A DNA stretch of 64,000 nucleotides, taken from positions 384,001-448,000 of the forward strand of contig CBDCWI010000001.1 of NCBI GenBank assembly GCA_965223325.1, written 5' to 3'. Origin of the DNA: Candidatus Multivoradales bacterium. Lineage in GTDB: Bacteria; Acidobacteriota; Thermoanaerobaculia; Multivoradales; Multivoraceae. Position 1 is the first letter of the stretch. Each line of letters begins with the position of its first letter. This document shows, piece after piece, positions 20,924-30,138 of the stretch. The translations under genes and the position numbers were made by a program. The notes below the pieces were generated by a model. It was given only the letters and a program-made list of their open reading frames with translations, made no database searches and was not told where the DNA came from.

Positions 20924-22629
20924 CGACTGTGCTCGACTGGCTCCCCGTCGCGATTGCAGCGGCGGTGATCCTGATCTACCTACTGCGCTTGCCGGCGCGC
21001 CCGGTCGAAGTGGGTTCGCTCCATCTCTGGCGGCGCCTGCTGGTCGAGAAGAGCCCGGTTCGCAACTGGCTACGCTTCCTTCTGTCGCTTCTCCTGGCAA
21101 CTGCAATCGCCGTTCTACTGGCCCTCACGCTGGTGCGCGGCGGTCTGCTCGAGGACTCAGCCAGTGGAAAACGTTTGATGGTGCTGGTCGACAACTCGCC
21201 GTCGATGGCCACGCTGCAGTCGGGGCGCACACGCCTGGCAATCGCCCAGGACGCAGCCCGCCGCGAGGTTCGGCGCGCCCCCACCGGCTCTAGGTTCTTG
21301 ATTTCCTCGACTCACCCGAGCGAGAACGACGACCAACCGAGGAACGATTCTGGCGACTGGCTCGACGCCAGCGAAGCCAGCTCGGTCATCAACAACATCA
21401 GCGTGGGCCACGGGGCACCGCGCACTCTCCGCGTGCCCGCTGCCCCTGGTAGTCCTGAGGTGCTGCACGTTACCGATGGCGTCGCGCCACGGCCACGCCT
21501 GCTGGCCGGCGACTCGCTCGGCTGGCGCACCATCACGGTCGCCGAGCCGGTGAGAAACGCTGGCATCTCGACGTTCGCAGTGCGTTCGGTAGAGAGTGCT
21601 CTGGAAGGAGGTCTCGCGGCGACGCGACGCGAGGCCGACCTCGAAGTCGTGCATTCGAGCGACCGCCCTGGTTCGGTTCGCTTGACCGTTCGTGACAGTG
21701 AGCGTGTGGTCTTCGAACGCAACCTCGAACTCGAGCCGGTGGCCATCTGGTCGGCAAGCCTCGACGCGACCCGCTGGGCGCCCGGCGACGTGGTGGCGCG
21801 GGTCGAACTGGCAGGGGACGCCTTCGAACGCGACGACGGCGCCAGCTTGACGGTCGATGCGCCCCGCCGGGTCGCGATGATCGGAAGGCCCACGCCCTTC
21901 GTGCGCCGGTTGATCGACGGGCACCCCCACCTCCGGGTCACCCGCGGGAAGCGCCTTTCCGAAATCGCTGGAGTCGACCGCCTCGGGGGAACCATACAGA
22001 TCGGAGTGGCGCCGGCCGATCCACCGAGCCTTCCGACTCTCTTGATCGACCCTCCACCCCGCGCCTGGTTACCGCTACCTGAACAACAGCTCAGTTTGCG
22101 GCCGGGGGCCCAACGTCTCGACGCTCCAACGCGAGCTCGAAGTACGCCCGACCTCGCACGCCTGGCAGAGGGCATCACCGGCCGTACCCTGCGGCTGCCG
22201 TGGCTGAGGAGGCTCGACTTCGATAACCCGGAGATCGAGGTAGCGACCGCAGCGGGCAAGGCCGCAGCCCGGTTCGAGATCGCCGCGACGATCGCAGGAC
22301 ACCCGGCACTCCTCGTCCACCCACAGGGACCCACCGTCGTTTTGCCCTTCCGCCCCACCGATGCGGCGGCAGGCACCGGCGGCGCCCTGATGATCGAGAA
22401 TGCCCTCGCCTACCTCTTCGAGCGACCGGCGGTCGAGCTTGGAATTCGCAACCGCACGATTTCGCTTCTTCGACCGCGTCCCGAGTTGGTGGCCGAGAAG
22501 GTCGTACCCTCGCTGACCGAAGCCGAACCGACGGAACCGGCACCGATTCCGTGGCGGGTTCTCCTCTCCACAGCCATCGCGCTTCTGGTCCTCGAGACCG
22601 TGACCTGGAACAGAAACGTCACGTACTGA
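20920..22629 (+). CDS. BatA-like / VWA membrane protein
   Basis: N-terminal ILIYLL...VGSLHLW BatA-like segment, VDNSPSM MIDAS, C-terminal TM helix. Confidence 0.8.
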   Translation: MTTVLDWLPVAIAAAVILIYLLRLPARPVEVGSLHLWRRLLVEKSPVRNWLRFLLSLLLATAIAVLLALTLVRGGLLEDSASGKRLMVLVDNSPSMATLQSGRTRLAIAQDAARREVRRAPTGSRFLISSTHPSENDDQPRNDSGDWLDASEASSVINNISVGHGAPRTLRVPAAPGSPEVLHVTDGVAPRPRLLAGDSLGWRTITVAEPVRNAGISTFAVRSVESALEGGLAATRREADLEVVHSSDRPGSVRLTVRDSERVVFERNLELEPVAIWSASLDATRWAPGDVVARVELAGDAFERDDGASLTVDAPRRVAMIGRPTPFVRRLIDGHPHLRVTRGKRLSEIAGVDRLGGTIQIGVAPADPPSLPTLLIDPPPRAWLPLPEQQLSLRPGAQRLDAPTRARSTPDLARLAEGITGRTLRLPWLRRLDFDNPEIEVATAAGKAAARFEIAATIAGHPALLVHPQGPTVVLPFRPTDAAAGTGGALMIENALAYLFERPAVELGIRNRTISLLRPRPELVAEKVVPSLTEAEPTEPAPIPWRVLLSTAIALLVLETVTWNRNVTY

Positions 22630-22663
22630 GACCCGCGCTTCTCATACCCCCGTCTTTCACCTC

Positions 22664-25261
22664 ATGAGCTTCGAGTACCCCATCGCCCTTCTTCTCCTGG
22701 TGCCCGCCACCTGGGTGGCACTCCAGTTCGCGCCCGAGGGGCCGGGCAGCCGGGTCCGCCGCGCCGCCCTTCGGTGGGCGACTCTGAGCGCCGCCACCCT
22801 CGCCCTCGCTGGCCCCCAGATCCAGGTCGCCGTTCCGGGAGCGCCGAGCGTGGTGGCCATCGACGTCTCGCAGAGCGTCTCACCTGCCTGGCTCGGCTCT
22901 GTCCTCGATCGTCTCGCGGCCCTCGAACAACGACAGCCCCATCGCTTCAACGTGGTGGCATTCGCCGACGGCGCCCAGCAGATCCAACGGGCGGCAGACC
23001 TTCGCGACCTGCGTGTTGGTCAACCAAAGGGGCCGCTCCAGGAAGGAACCGGCGATGGTAGCCCGGTGCGTGAGGCCGTTACCGCAACCACTCTAGGCCG
23101 CTCGCGTAGCGACCTGCTCGACGCCGCCGCCGTCGCACTGGCTGACAAACCAGCGCGCATTCTGCTCCTTTCCGACGGCAACTTCGAAGCCGACACCTTC
23201 GGGCGCGCCCTCGAGCAGTTCACCGCCGCGGAAGTCCCAGTTTCAACTGTCGTCGCCGCCAGCCGCACTCCCAAGTACCCACTCGTTGTGTCGGTGCGCA
23301 GCCTGACCGAGGCCCGGGCTGGGAGTCCGACGCGCCTCGAGGTCGAAATCGTAGCTCCACTCGAGATGACCGTCGAACTCGATCTGACCCACGCCGGGGC
23401 CGATGCAGCCGAAACCGGGACCGAGGCTCTCGCCAGTCTCGTCTATCGACATCCCGGCGGGCTCCAGAAACTGGTCCTCGAGCCGCGGATCGAAGAGACC
23501 GGCGATCTGCCGCTCGTTCTGGCGCTGCGCTATGACACAGACGATGACGGCCTTCTCGATGCCGGCGCGACCTACCCCGTCGCCCTCGCTGTCGGCGAGC
23601 CGCTGCGGGTTCTCTACGTCGAGGGCGAGCAAGAGAACGCGCGCTACTTCGCCCGAGCGCTCGACGAAGCCGGCTTCGACGTCATCCGCCAACGGCCGGG
23701 CGCGATTCCCACCAGGGCAGAAGAGCTCGCGACCTACGACGTGGTCGTCCTGAGCGATACGAACGCCAACGACCTTCCCCCCGGTGCTTCGGCCGCAGTC
23801 GCCACCTGGGTACGGGATCTGGGTGGCGGGCTCCTGTTTGCCGGAGGCGAGAACACGTACGGCGAGAACGGTTGGTCTGACACGCCGATCGAGAGGGTCC
23901 TGCCCCTCGAGCTCGAGGTCGAGGAAGAAGAGAGCGACGTCGCCATGGTGATCGTGCTCGACAAGAGCTACAGCATGCGAGGCGAGAAAATCGAGCTCGC
24001 CAAAGCGGCGAGCGTCGCAGCCCTGGGAGTTCTCGAAGACCGCCACCACTTCGGCCTCATCGCCTTCGACTGGAACCCCACCGTCGTGGTGCCGCTGCGT
24101 CCGGCGAGCGAGCGCGACGCGATCACCGAGCTCATCGGTCGCATCGAGGCGACGGCCCAAACCAACTTCTTTCCCGCCCTGGTGATGGCCTCCGACACTC
24201 TCGAAGCAAGCACCGCGCGCACCAAACACATCGTGCTGCTCTCCGACGGAAAGACCTATCCCGACGCCTACCAGCGACTGCTCGCCGAACTCCGGGAGAG
24301 CGGCATCACGGTGTCGACCGTCGCGGTGGGTGCCGAAGCCGACAAGGACCTCCTCGGCCAGATCGCCGAATGGGGTGGTGGCCGCAGCTACGTCGTCGAA
24401 GACGCCCAACGGGTGGTCAACGTGCTGGTGGAAGAAGCCGAGATGACCCTGCAGGACTCGGTGATCGAAGAATCGACCCAGGTCGTCGTAACAGCCCGGG
24501 CGCCCTTCCTCGACGGGGTGCGCATGAACACCGCACCGCCAATCGACGGCTACGTCGCGGCCCTGGCTCGCGATCGCGCCGAAGTGGTGCTCCAAACCCC
24601 AGACGAGAAACCGGTGCTTGCGAGCTGGAACATTGGCCAGGGCCGCTCGATCTTCTTCACCAGCGACCTCAGCAACCGGTGGAGCGCCGACTGGATCACC
24701 TGGCGCGACTGGGGTCGGCTGTGGGCCCAGGTGGTTCGTGACCTCGGCGGTCGGTCGCTGTCGGGACGCACCCGGGTCGAGCTCGAGCGCCTCGGCTCGA
24801 CCGTGACGGTCACCCTCACCGCAACGACGTCTTCGGGCCGTCCGGCGATGGCCCTTGAACCGGCACTCGTGCTCCCGTCGGGGGACCGCCCCATGAATCC
24901 GATCGGACCTGGCCGCTACCAGGCGCAGTTGCAGGCGCGTCCCGCTTCCGCACCGATCACCATCACGACGAGGAGCGACGACGGCCTACCGCCCGGCAAC
25001 CACTACCTGAGCTGGCCGCAGAGCGACGAGTTCTCTGTCCTCGCGCCCAACCCTCAGACGCTCGCACTCCTGGCCCGCGCCACGGGTGGGAAGCAGGGCC
25101 AGGACCTCGAAGAGGCCCTCGCTTCGCCGCCTGGCGCGGCACGCCATCCCCGGCTTCTGGCCCCGTGGTTGGCAGCACTGGCACTCCTCCTGTTCTTGTT
25201 CGAGATTCTCTCGCGGCGACTTCCTATTCGGTGGCCGAGTGCTCAGAGCGCCCATCGATAG
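22664..25261 (+). CDS. Double-VWA + GATase1-like membrane protein
   Basis: IDVSQSV and LDKSYSM MIDAS motifs, YDVVVL...GGGLLFAGG GATase-like region, GQGRS...W..W, terminal TM helices. Confidence 0.85.
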   Translation: MSFEYPIALLLLVPATWVALQFAPEGPGSRVRRAALRWATLSAATLALAGPQIQVAVPGAPSVVAIDVSQSVSPAWLGSVLDRLAALEQRQPHRFNVVAFADGAQQIQRAADLRDLRVGQPKGPLQEGTGDGSPVREAVTATTLGRSRSDLLDAAAVALADKPARILLLSDGNFEADTFGRALEQFTAAEVPVSTVVAASRTPKYPLVVSVRSLTEARAGSPTRLEVEIVAPLEMTVELDLTHAGADAAETGTEALASLVYRHPGGLQKLVLEPRIEETGDLPLVLALRYDTDDDGLLDAGATYPVALAVGEPLRVLYVEGEQENARYFARALDEAGFDVIRQRPGAIPTRAEELATYDVVVLSDTNANDLPPGASAAVATWVRDLGGGLLFAGGENTYGENGWSDTPIERVLPLELEVEEEESDVAMVIVLDKSYSMRGEKIELAKAASVAALGVLEDRHHFGLIAFDWNPTVVVPLRPASERDAITELIGRIEATAQTNFFPALVMASDTLEASTARTKHIVLLSDGKTYPDAYQRLLAELRESGITVSTVAVGAEADKDLLGQIAEWGGGRSYVVEDAQRVVNVLVEEAEMTLQDSVIEESTQVVVTARAPFLDGVRMNTAPPIDGYVAALARDRAEVVLQTPDEKPVLASWNIGQGRSIFFTSDLSNRWSADWITWRDWGRLWAQVVRDLGGRSLSGRTRVELERLGSTVTVTLTATTSSGRPAMALEPALVLPSGDRPMNPIGPGRYQAQLQARPASAPITITTRSDDGLPPGNHYLSWPQSDEFSVLAPNPQTLALLARATGGKQGQDLEEALASPPGAARHPRLLAPWLAALALLLFLFEILSRRLPIRWPSAQSAHR

Positions 25262-25305
25262 CACCCGCGACCACGCGCTGGCCCCACCAAGAAAGCCCCA
25301 ACAAG

Positions 25306-25332
25306 AAGGAGCGCCCCGGAGGGGCGCCCTTT
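25306..25332. terminator. Probable intrinsic terminator between convergent genes
   Basis: Stem GCGCCCC-GGA-GGGGCGC extended by AAGG/CCTT. A-rich flank on the left and T-rich flank on the right. Confidence 0.6.
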
Positions 25333-25377
25333 GGTTCGTTGGCGTCGTCTAGCGGTAGACGAAACCCATCGGCTGCC

Positions 25378-26754
25378 TCAGTCGCCAGCCTCCTCGCGGG
25401 AATCCCTGAAGCGCTTCATCCACTTCGTGCGCTCTTCTGGAGTCAGCGCCTCCCAGTCCACGCCGAGACGCTCTTTCAGCATCTTCTTCATCCGCTCGGG
25501 GTTGTTGCTGCCGGCGCCGAAAATCCCGCCCTGGGGAACGAAGCCAGGCTCGGCATCGGCATAGGCAATGAACCCGAACATCATCTCGGCGGTCGTTGGC
25601 TGGCCATAGACCACCGTCGCGGAAGGATCAGGGTTGGCCGGATTGTCGGCCGAGTTGTTCCACGCCATGGTGAGCTCGATCTCGGTCCCTGCAGGGATTC
25701 GCTTGCCGCCCTCAGGATAGGCGTAGTGGGTCTGCCAGTTGAAGTCGTACTCTGGAACCTCGAGCAGGGTCTCTTTGGTGCCGTCAGGGTAGGTCGCAAC
25801 ATACTTGGCGTAGGTCCCGCGCAAATGCATGTGCGGGGTGTAGCCGAGTAAAAGGGTTTCGCGATCGAACGTTGTGGTCACCTTCTCGGCGTGACGTTTG
25901 GCACCAGGTGGGATCTCGAAGTTGAACTTCCCCATCGAGTCGCTGGCAACTCGATACTCGGGGGTGTAGCCCTCGGGGTAGAAGCGAATCGCGGCTTCGG
26001 AAAGGTCCCAGGTACCAGTGCCGTCACCTGCCTCCTTGTGGTAGTGCATCTGCCACTTGATCTTGGTGCCCGGTTCGAGCAGCACGCCGAAGCCATCGTT
26101 GTACACCGTCGGGTCGTTGCCCGGTGCAATGCCGCCCAGTGGCCGCGCGATGATGTGATGCACCACGGGGCTACCGGGACGGAACTCGACCGCCTTGATG
26201 AAACGGGGACCCGAGATCATGTCTTCGGTGATCTCGGTGGTGAAGTTGATGTACTGGTCCTCGACGTCGTCTTCGACGAAGTACTTCTCGCCCATGTTGA
26301 TCACCAGGTCGGGTGTTCCAATCGTCCAACCTTCGACACTCGGCCACTCACGGGCGGGCGGCGCCTGGCTGATATCCCCGGCGGTCGCCCCGGTCTTGGC
26401 CCAGCGCACCAGAGTGTCGATTGCGTCTTGATCCATGGTGCGCTCGTTCGCGAACACTCCGTGGTATTCGGGTGCCGCATGCCACGGTGGCATCTTGCGC
26501 GCTTCGACCTGCTTGGCAATCGACTTCGCCCACGGGCGGGTCTCTTCGTAGGAGGTAAAGGCCATCGGAGCCACCATGCCGCCGAGGTTGGCACCGTTGG
26601 GGCGATGGCAGACCTGGCAGTTCTCCTGCAGGATCGGTAGGACTTCGCCGTAGAAAGTCGGGGTTTCGACCTCAGTATCGTTGTTGTTCGATGAGGCCAT
26701 GGCTCCGGCCGCGAGCAGGAGGGCTGCGGCGGAGCCGATGAGTACCTTGCGCAT
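25378..26754 (-). CDS. Secreted heme-c + PHM/DBM-like copper monooxygenase-fold protein (paralog 1)
   Basis: Signal peptide MRKVLIG, CQVCH, MPPW, VVHHII, QMHY, PHMHLRG, YDFNWQ, EMM. Confidence 0.8.
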   Translation of the reverse strand: MRKVLIGSAAALLLAAGAMASSNNNDTEVETPTFYGEVLPILQENCQVCHRPNGANLGGMVAPMAFTSYEETRPWAKSIAKQVEARKMPPWHAAPEYHGVFANERTMDQDAIDTLVRWAKTGATAGDISQAPPAREWPSVEGWTIGTPDLVINMGEKYFVEDDVEDQYINFTTEITEDMISGPRFIKAVEFRPGSPVVHHIIARPLGGIAPGNDPTVYNDGFGVLLEPGTKIKWQMHYHKEAGDGTGTWDLSEAAIRFYPEGYTPEYRVASDSMGKFNFEIPPGAKRHAEKVTTTFDRETLLLGYTPHMHLRGTYAKYVATYPDGTKETLLEVPEYDFNWQTHYAYPEGGKRIPAGTEIELTMAWNNSADNPANPDPSATVVYGQPTTAEMMFGFIAYADAEPGFVPQGGIFGAGSNNPERMKKMLKERLGVDWEALTPEERTKWMKRFRDSREEAGD

Positions 26755-26886
26755 AGCGGTCTCTCCGGTCTTGGATGGAAGCGACGGCCTTTCGACCGCC
26801 CGGTCGGTCGGTTCTCCTACAATGTATCGTGAGCCATCCCGTCTCAGCAACTTTCCGCAACTCACGTCCCGAGGCTGCGCTCTGAT

Positions 26887-27894
26887 TCAGGCGCTCTCGC
26901 TCGCCATGGCAGTCGCCGCTGCACCGAGAAGGCCCGCACGCACGCCGAGTCTCGAGACCAGGAGCTCGATGTCGCCGCTCTCGAAAACCCGCAGGCGCTC
27001 GTCCAGTGTTGCCCGGATCGGGTCGAGCAACAGGTCGCCGAGACGCGCCATGCCGCCCCCGAAAACGATCGCATCGGGATGGAGGGTCACGCCCAGGTTG
27101 GTCGCCACCAGGCCGAGATAGCGGCCAGCGCGGGCAATCGCGTCGCGCACTGCATCGTCGCCGGCGCGTGCCGCCTGGGCCATGCTGGCCGCGTCGACTT
27201 TGGAAACGTCTCCAGACAGGAGCTCGTGCAGCTTGGGGGCCTTGCCCGAAAGCATCAAGCGAACGCCCTCGCCTGCCAGTGCCGGGCCGGAGGCGTAGGC
27301 CTCGACACACCCGTAGCCGCCGCAACCACAGGGTCGACCGTTCGCCTCGACGATCTGGTGACCAACCTCCCCGGCCGACCCCAGCGGACCGAGCCGGAGA
27401 CGACCGTCGATGACCACTCCCCCGCCGATTCCAGTTCCCAGTGCCAGAAACGCAAACGACCGATAGGTCTGGCCGTGCCCGAAGCGCAGCTCGCCGAGCG
27501 TCGCGGCGCGCACGTCATTGATCAATGAGATCGAACGGCCGAGGGCGGCCGCGAGAGGACCACTTGCGTCGATATCTCGCCACCCGCCACCCAGGTTGGG
27601 AAGCCAGCGGGCGATCCCGGTTTCCGAGTCGACCCACCCTGGCAGGCCGACTCCCACGGCCCGGGCCGTCTGGCCGGCTTCTCCCTCGAGCGCCAGGGCC
27701 ATCTCGCCCAGCCGCGCGAGCACCGCCTCCGGGCCCTCGTAGGCGAGCGTTGGCAACTTGGTCGAGCGCAGGACCGTACCGGAGTCGTCGACCAGGGCGG
27801 CTTTCATCGTAGTCGCTCCTACGTCGACCCCGAGCCAACAAGAAGGGGAGGCTCGAGCCTCCCCCTGGACCGCCGACTGTGATGGCTTGGACAA
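26887..27894 (-). CDS. ROK family sugar kinase (glucokinase-like)
   Basis: GVDVGAT, NDV.AA..GE, LGTGIGGG, AGEVGH, CGCGGYGCVE. Confidence 0.92.
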   Translation of the reverse strand: MSKPSQSAVQGEARASPSCWLGVDVGATTMKAALVDDSGTVLRSTKLPTLAYEGPEAVLARLGEMALALEGEAGQTARAVGVGLPGWVDSETGIARWLPNLGGGWRDIDASGPLAAALGRSISLINDVRAATLGELRFGHGQTYRSFAFLALGTGIGGGVVIDGRLRLGPLGSAGEVGHQIVEANGRPCGCGGYGCVEAYASGPALAGEGVRLMLSGKAPKLHELLSGDVSKVDAASMAQAARAGDDAVRDAIARAGRYLGLVATNLGVTLHPDAIVFGGGMARLGDLLLDPIRATLDERLRVFESGDIELLVSRLGVRAGLLGAAATAMASESA

Positions 27895-29292
27895 TCAGTC
27901 GCCACCGCCGGCTGCGGACACCTCGGCAGTCGCAACCGCACTGCCGGACGCGCCTTCACTGGGAGTTGCGCTCTCCGAGTAGTCAATGAAGCCGATCATC
28001 ATTTCGTCGGTCGTGGGGCCATTGAAGCGTACCGAACGACCAGTATCGATATCGAGCGAGGTGACTTTGTTGCGCTCCTCGGTGTTGGTGAACGTCATCG
28101 TCACCTCGATGCGGGTTCCGGCGGGAAACTTCTTCGGCTGCTTGAGGTTGTAGATCGTCTGCCAGTTCCAGTCGTAGCTGGGAACGTGGAGGAGCAGCTC
28201 TTCTCGGCCATCCGGGTAGTGCGCGACGTAACGCGCCGCCTGCCCGCGGAGATGCATGTGCGGAAGGTACGAGTAGATCGTGATCGGCTCATCGAAGGTG
28301 GTTGCAGCGCCGACCACCCACTCCTCGGCGTTGGGGGGAATCTCGAAGTAGCGATTGCCGATGCCATGGAACTGCGCCACCTCACGCACCGGGGCGTCTT
28401 CCGGGTGGAACTTGATCGCCATCTGCGAGCGATCGAACAGCCCCGTCCCCGCACCGGGCTCCTTGTTGTAGTGCATCTGCAGGTAGATCTGGGTATCCGG
28501 AACCAGCAGCCGGCCGACGCCATCGGGGAACTGGAACGGTTCACTGCCCGGTGCGATGCCACCGATCATGCCCGAGGCTCCCGGAGTCTCGGCAGTCGCG
28601 GCGCGCTTGCTCGCGATGATGTGGTGGACGATGTCGCTGCCAGCGCGGAACTCGACCGCCTTGATGTAGCGCGGCCGCGGCAGCATCTCTTTGGTGATCA
28701 GCTGTGCCGGCAGGCTGATGTTCAAGTCGACGACGTCATCGCCGACCCAGAAGGGCTCTTGGAGGTCGATGACCAGGTCGGGCTCGCCGATCAACCAACC
28801 CTGGTGATCGCTCCAGGAGCGCGCCGGTGGAGCCTTGTTGACATCGCCGGCCGGCGCGCCAGACTCGACCCACTTGATGATCGTCGCCTTCTCGACCTCG
28901 CTCAGGCGGCGCTCGTTTTGAAACTGGCCTCGGGTGTGGTCGCTGGCGAACCAGGGCGGCATCGAGCCTTCGCTCACCTGGCGAGCGATCGACTTGGCCC
29001 ACGGCCGCACCTGGCCGTAGTCAACCAGCGGCATCGGAGCCCGCATGCCGCCGAAGTCAGCCCCCTCCGGTCGATGGCAACCCTGGCACTCGCGTTGGAG
29101 AATCGACTCCACATGCTCGTGGAAAGTCACCGTGGCCGGAACTTCGGACAGAACCGTTGCCGGTTCGCTGGCCGCCGCACCACTGGCGGTCCCTAACCAC
29201 AACGCAACGCCGGCGATGAAAACCAGGCAGAGGAGTTTCTGCCTGTTCTCTCGGAGAATGGGGTTTCGGGGAGTGGCAGTGCTTTGGCTCAT
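27895..29292 (-). CDS. Secreted heme-c + PHM/DBM-like copper monooxygenase-fold protein (paralog 2)
   Basis: GAGGAG RBS before MSQSTA. Motifs CQGCH, MPPW, IVHHII, QMHY, PHMHLRG, YDWNWQ, DEMM. Confidence 0.8.
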   Translation of the reverse strand: MSQSTATPRNPILRENRQKLLCLVFIAGVALWLGTASGAAASEPATVLSEVPATVTFHEHVESILQRECQGCHRPEGADFGGMRAPMPLVDYGQVRPWAKSIARQVSEGSMPPWFASDHTRGQFQNERRLSEVEKATIIKWVESGAPAGDVNKAPPARSWSDHQGWLIGEPDLVIDLQEPFWVGDDVVDLNISLPAQLITKEMLPRPRYIKAVEFRAGSDIVHHIIASKRAATAETPGASGMIGGIAPGSEPFQFPDGVGRLLVPDTQIYLQMHYNKEPGAGTGLFDRSQMAIKFHPEDAPVREVAQFHGIGNRYFEIPPNAEEWVVGAATTFDEPITIYSYLPHMHLRGQAARYVAHYPDGREELLLHVPSYDWNWQTIYNLKQPKKFPAGTRIEVTMTFTNTEERNKVTSLDIDTGRSVRFNGPTTDEMMIGFIDYSESATPSEGASGSAVATAEVSAAGGGD

Positions 29293-29534
29293 GGGAGGCT
29301 CCTCGATGAATCGAGCGTCTCCCATCCGACCGGGGCGGATCGCCCCGCCCGCGTGGGCCCCACTCTGGCTTCGTGTCCTTCTGGGCCAGGGCGTCGTAGG
29401 GGCGCTCGGTGAGGCCATTGTAGACCGCACCCGCGAGGCAGGCAAAAGCGCTGCGATTGAACCCTCGAGCGCGCCGCCCTGGGTCGGGCTGCGCTCCTTC
29501 TTGTCGGGGAAGTGTTCTTGGCGGGAAGTGCCGA

Positions 29535-29574
29535 ACAGTGCGCCGACAGTGCGCCCACAGTGCGCAACAGTGCC
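29535..29574. repeat. Four phased ACAGTGC direct repeats (11/11/10-bp spacing)
   Basis: acagtgcgccg acagtgcgccc acagtgcgca acagtgcc, in the intergenic region upstream of paralog 2. Confidence 0.75.
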
Positions 29575-29835
29575 AGCGTGCGAGAAGCTCCCTGGAAGAG
29601 AGAACTCCCTGAAAGAGAGCCTCCCGGGGGAGGCTGCGGGTGGGCCCGCACGACCGTGAAGAGGAAACCAAGCTGGGGGGTTGAGAGGGATTATCCGCGG
29701 CCTTCCCGAGACCTCCAAATAGCTATCGAAGCTTTGCCGGGAAAGTCACCCAGATCCGTCGAGAAAACTGCAAGAGGGGGTCCGGCGGGACTAGAAAACG
29801 CAGTCTCGTGCTACTCCAGAAGCCCCCGGAAGAGG

Positions 29836-30108
29836 CTACTCGGCCTCCGCCTCCGGTGGCCGCGCCACGATCCGGTCGACCGCGTGAACCGGCGCATTCT
29901 CGCCAGCCATCAGGTGGGCGATTGCCTTGAGCACCAGGCGCTGACGAGCAAGCGTGCGCTGGCCCTCGAAGACCTCCGAGATGACCCGGATTTCGAAGTG
30001 GCCACCCATCCCATCGACGGCGATCTCCGCCTCTGGAAAGGCCTCGCGGAGCGCTTCTTCGAGGAGGCCGGCGGTTTCTTGGGCGGGCCGATTGATCTTG
30101 ATGCTCAT
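29836..30108 (-). CDS. BolA/IbaG family protein
   Basis: GGHFEIRVISEVFEG.RTLARQRLV...VHA. Adjacent to a monothiol glutaredoxin. Confidence 0.9.
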   Translation of the reverse strand: MSIKINRPAQETAGLLEEALREAFPEAEIAVDGMGGHFEIRVISEVFEGQRTLARQRLVLKAIAHLMAGENAPVHAVDRIVARPPEAEAE

Positions 30109-30138
30109 GGTCCTGTGGAGGCGGCTCCGTTCCTCCCG

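Noticed and set aside
29293-29718. 142-aa N-terminal extension of monooxygenase paralog 2
   Set aside because: The ATG at 29292 has a GAGGAG RBS and is followed by a signal-like segment matching paralog 1 architecture.
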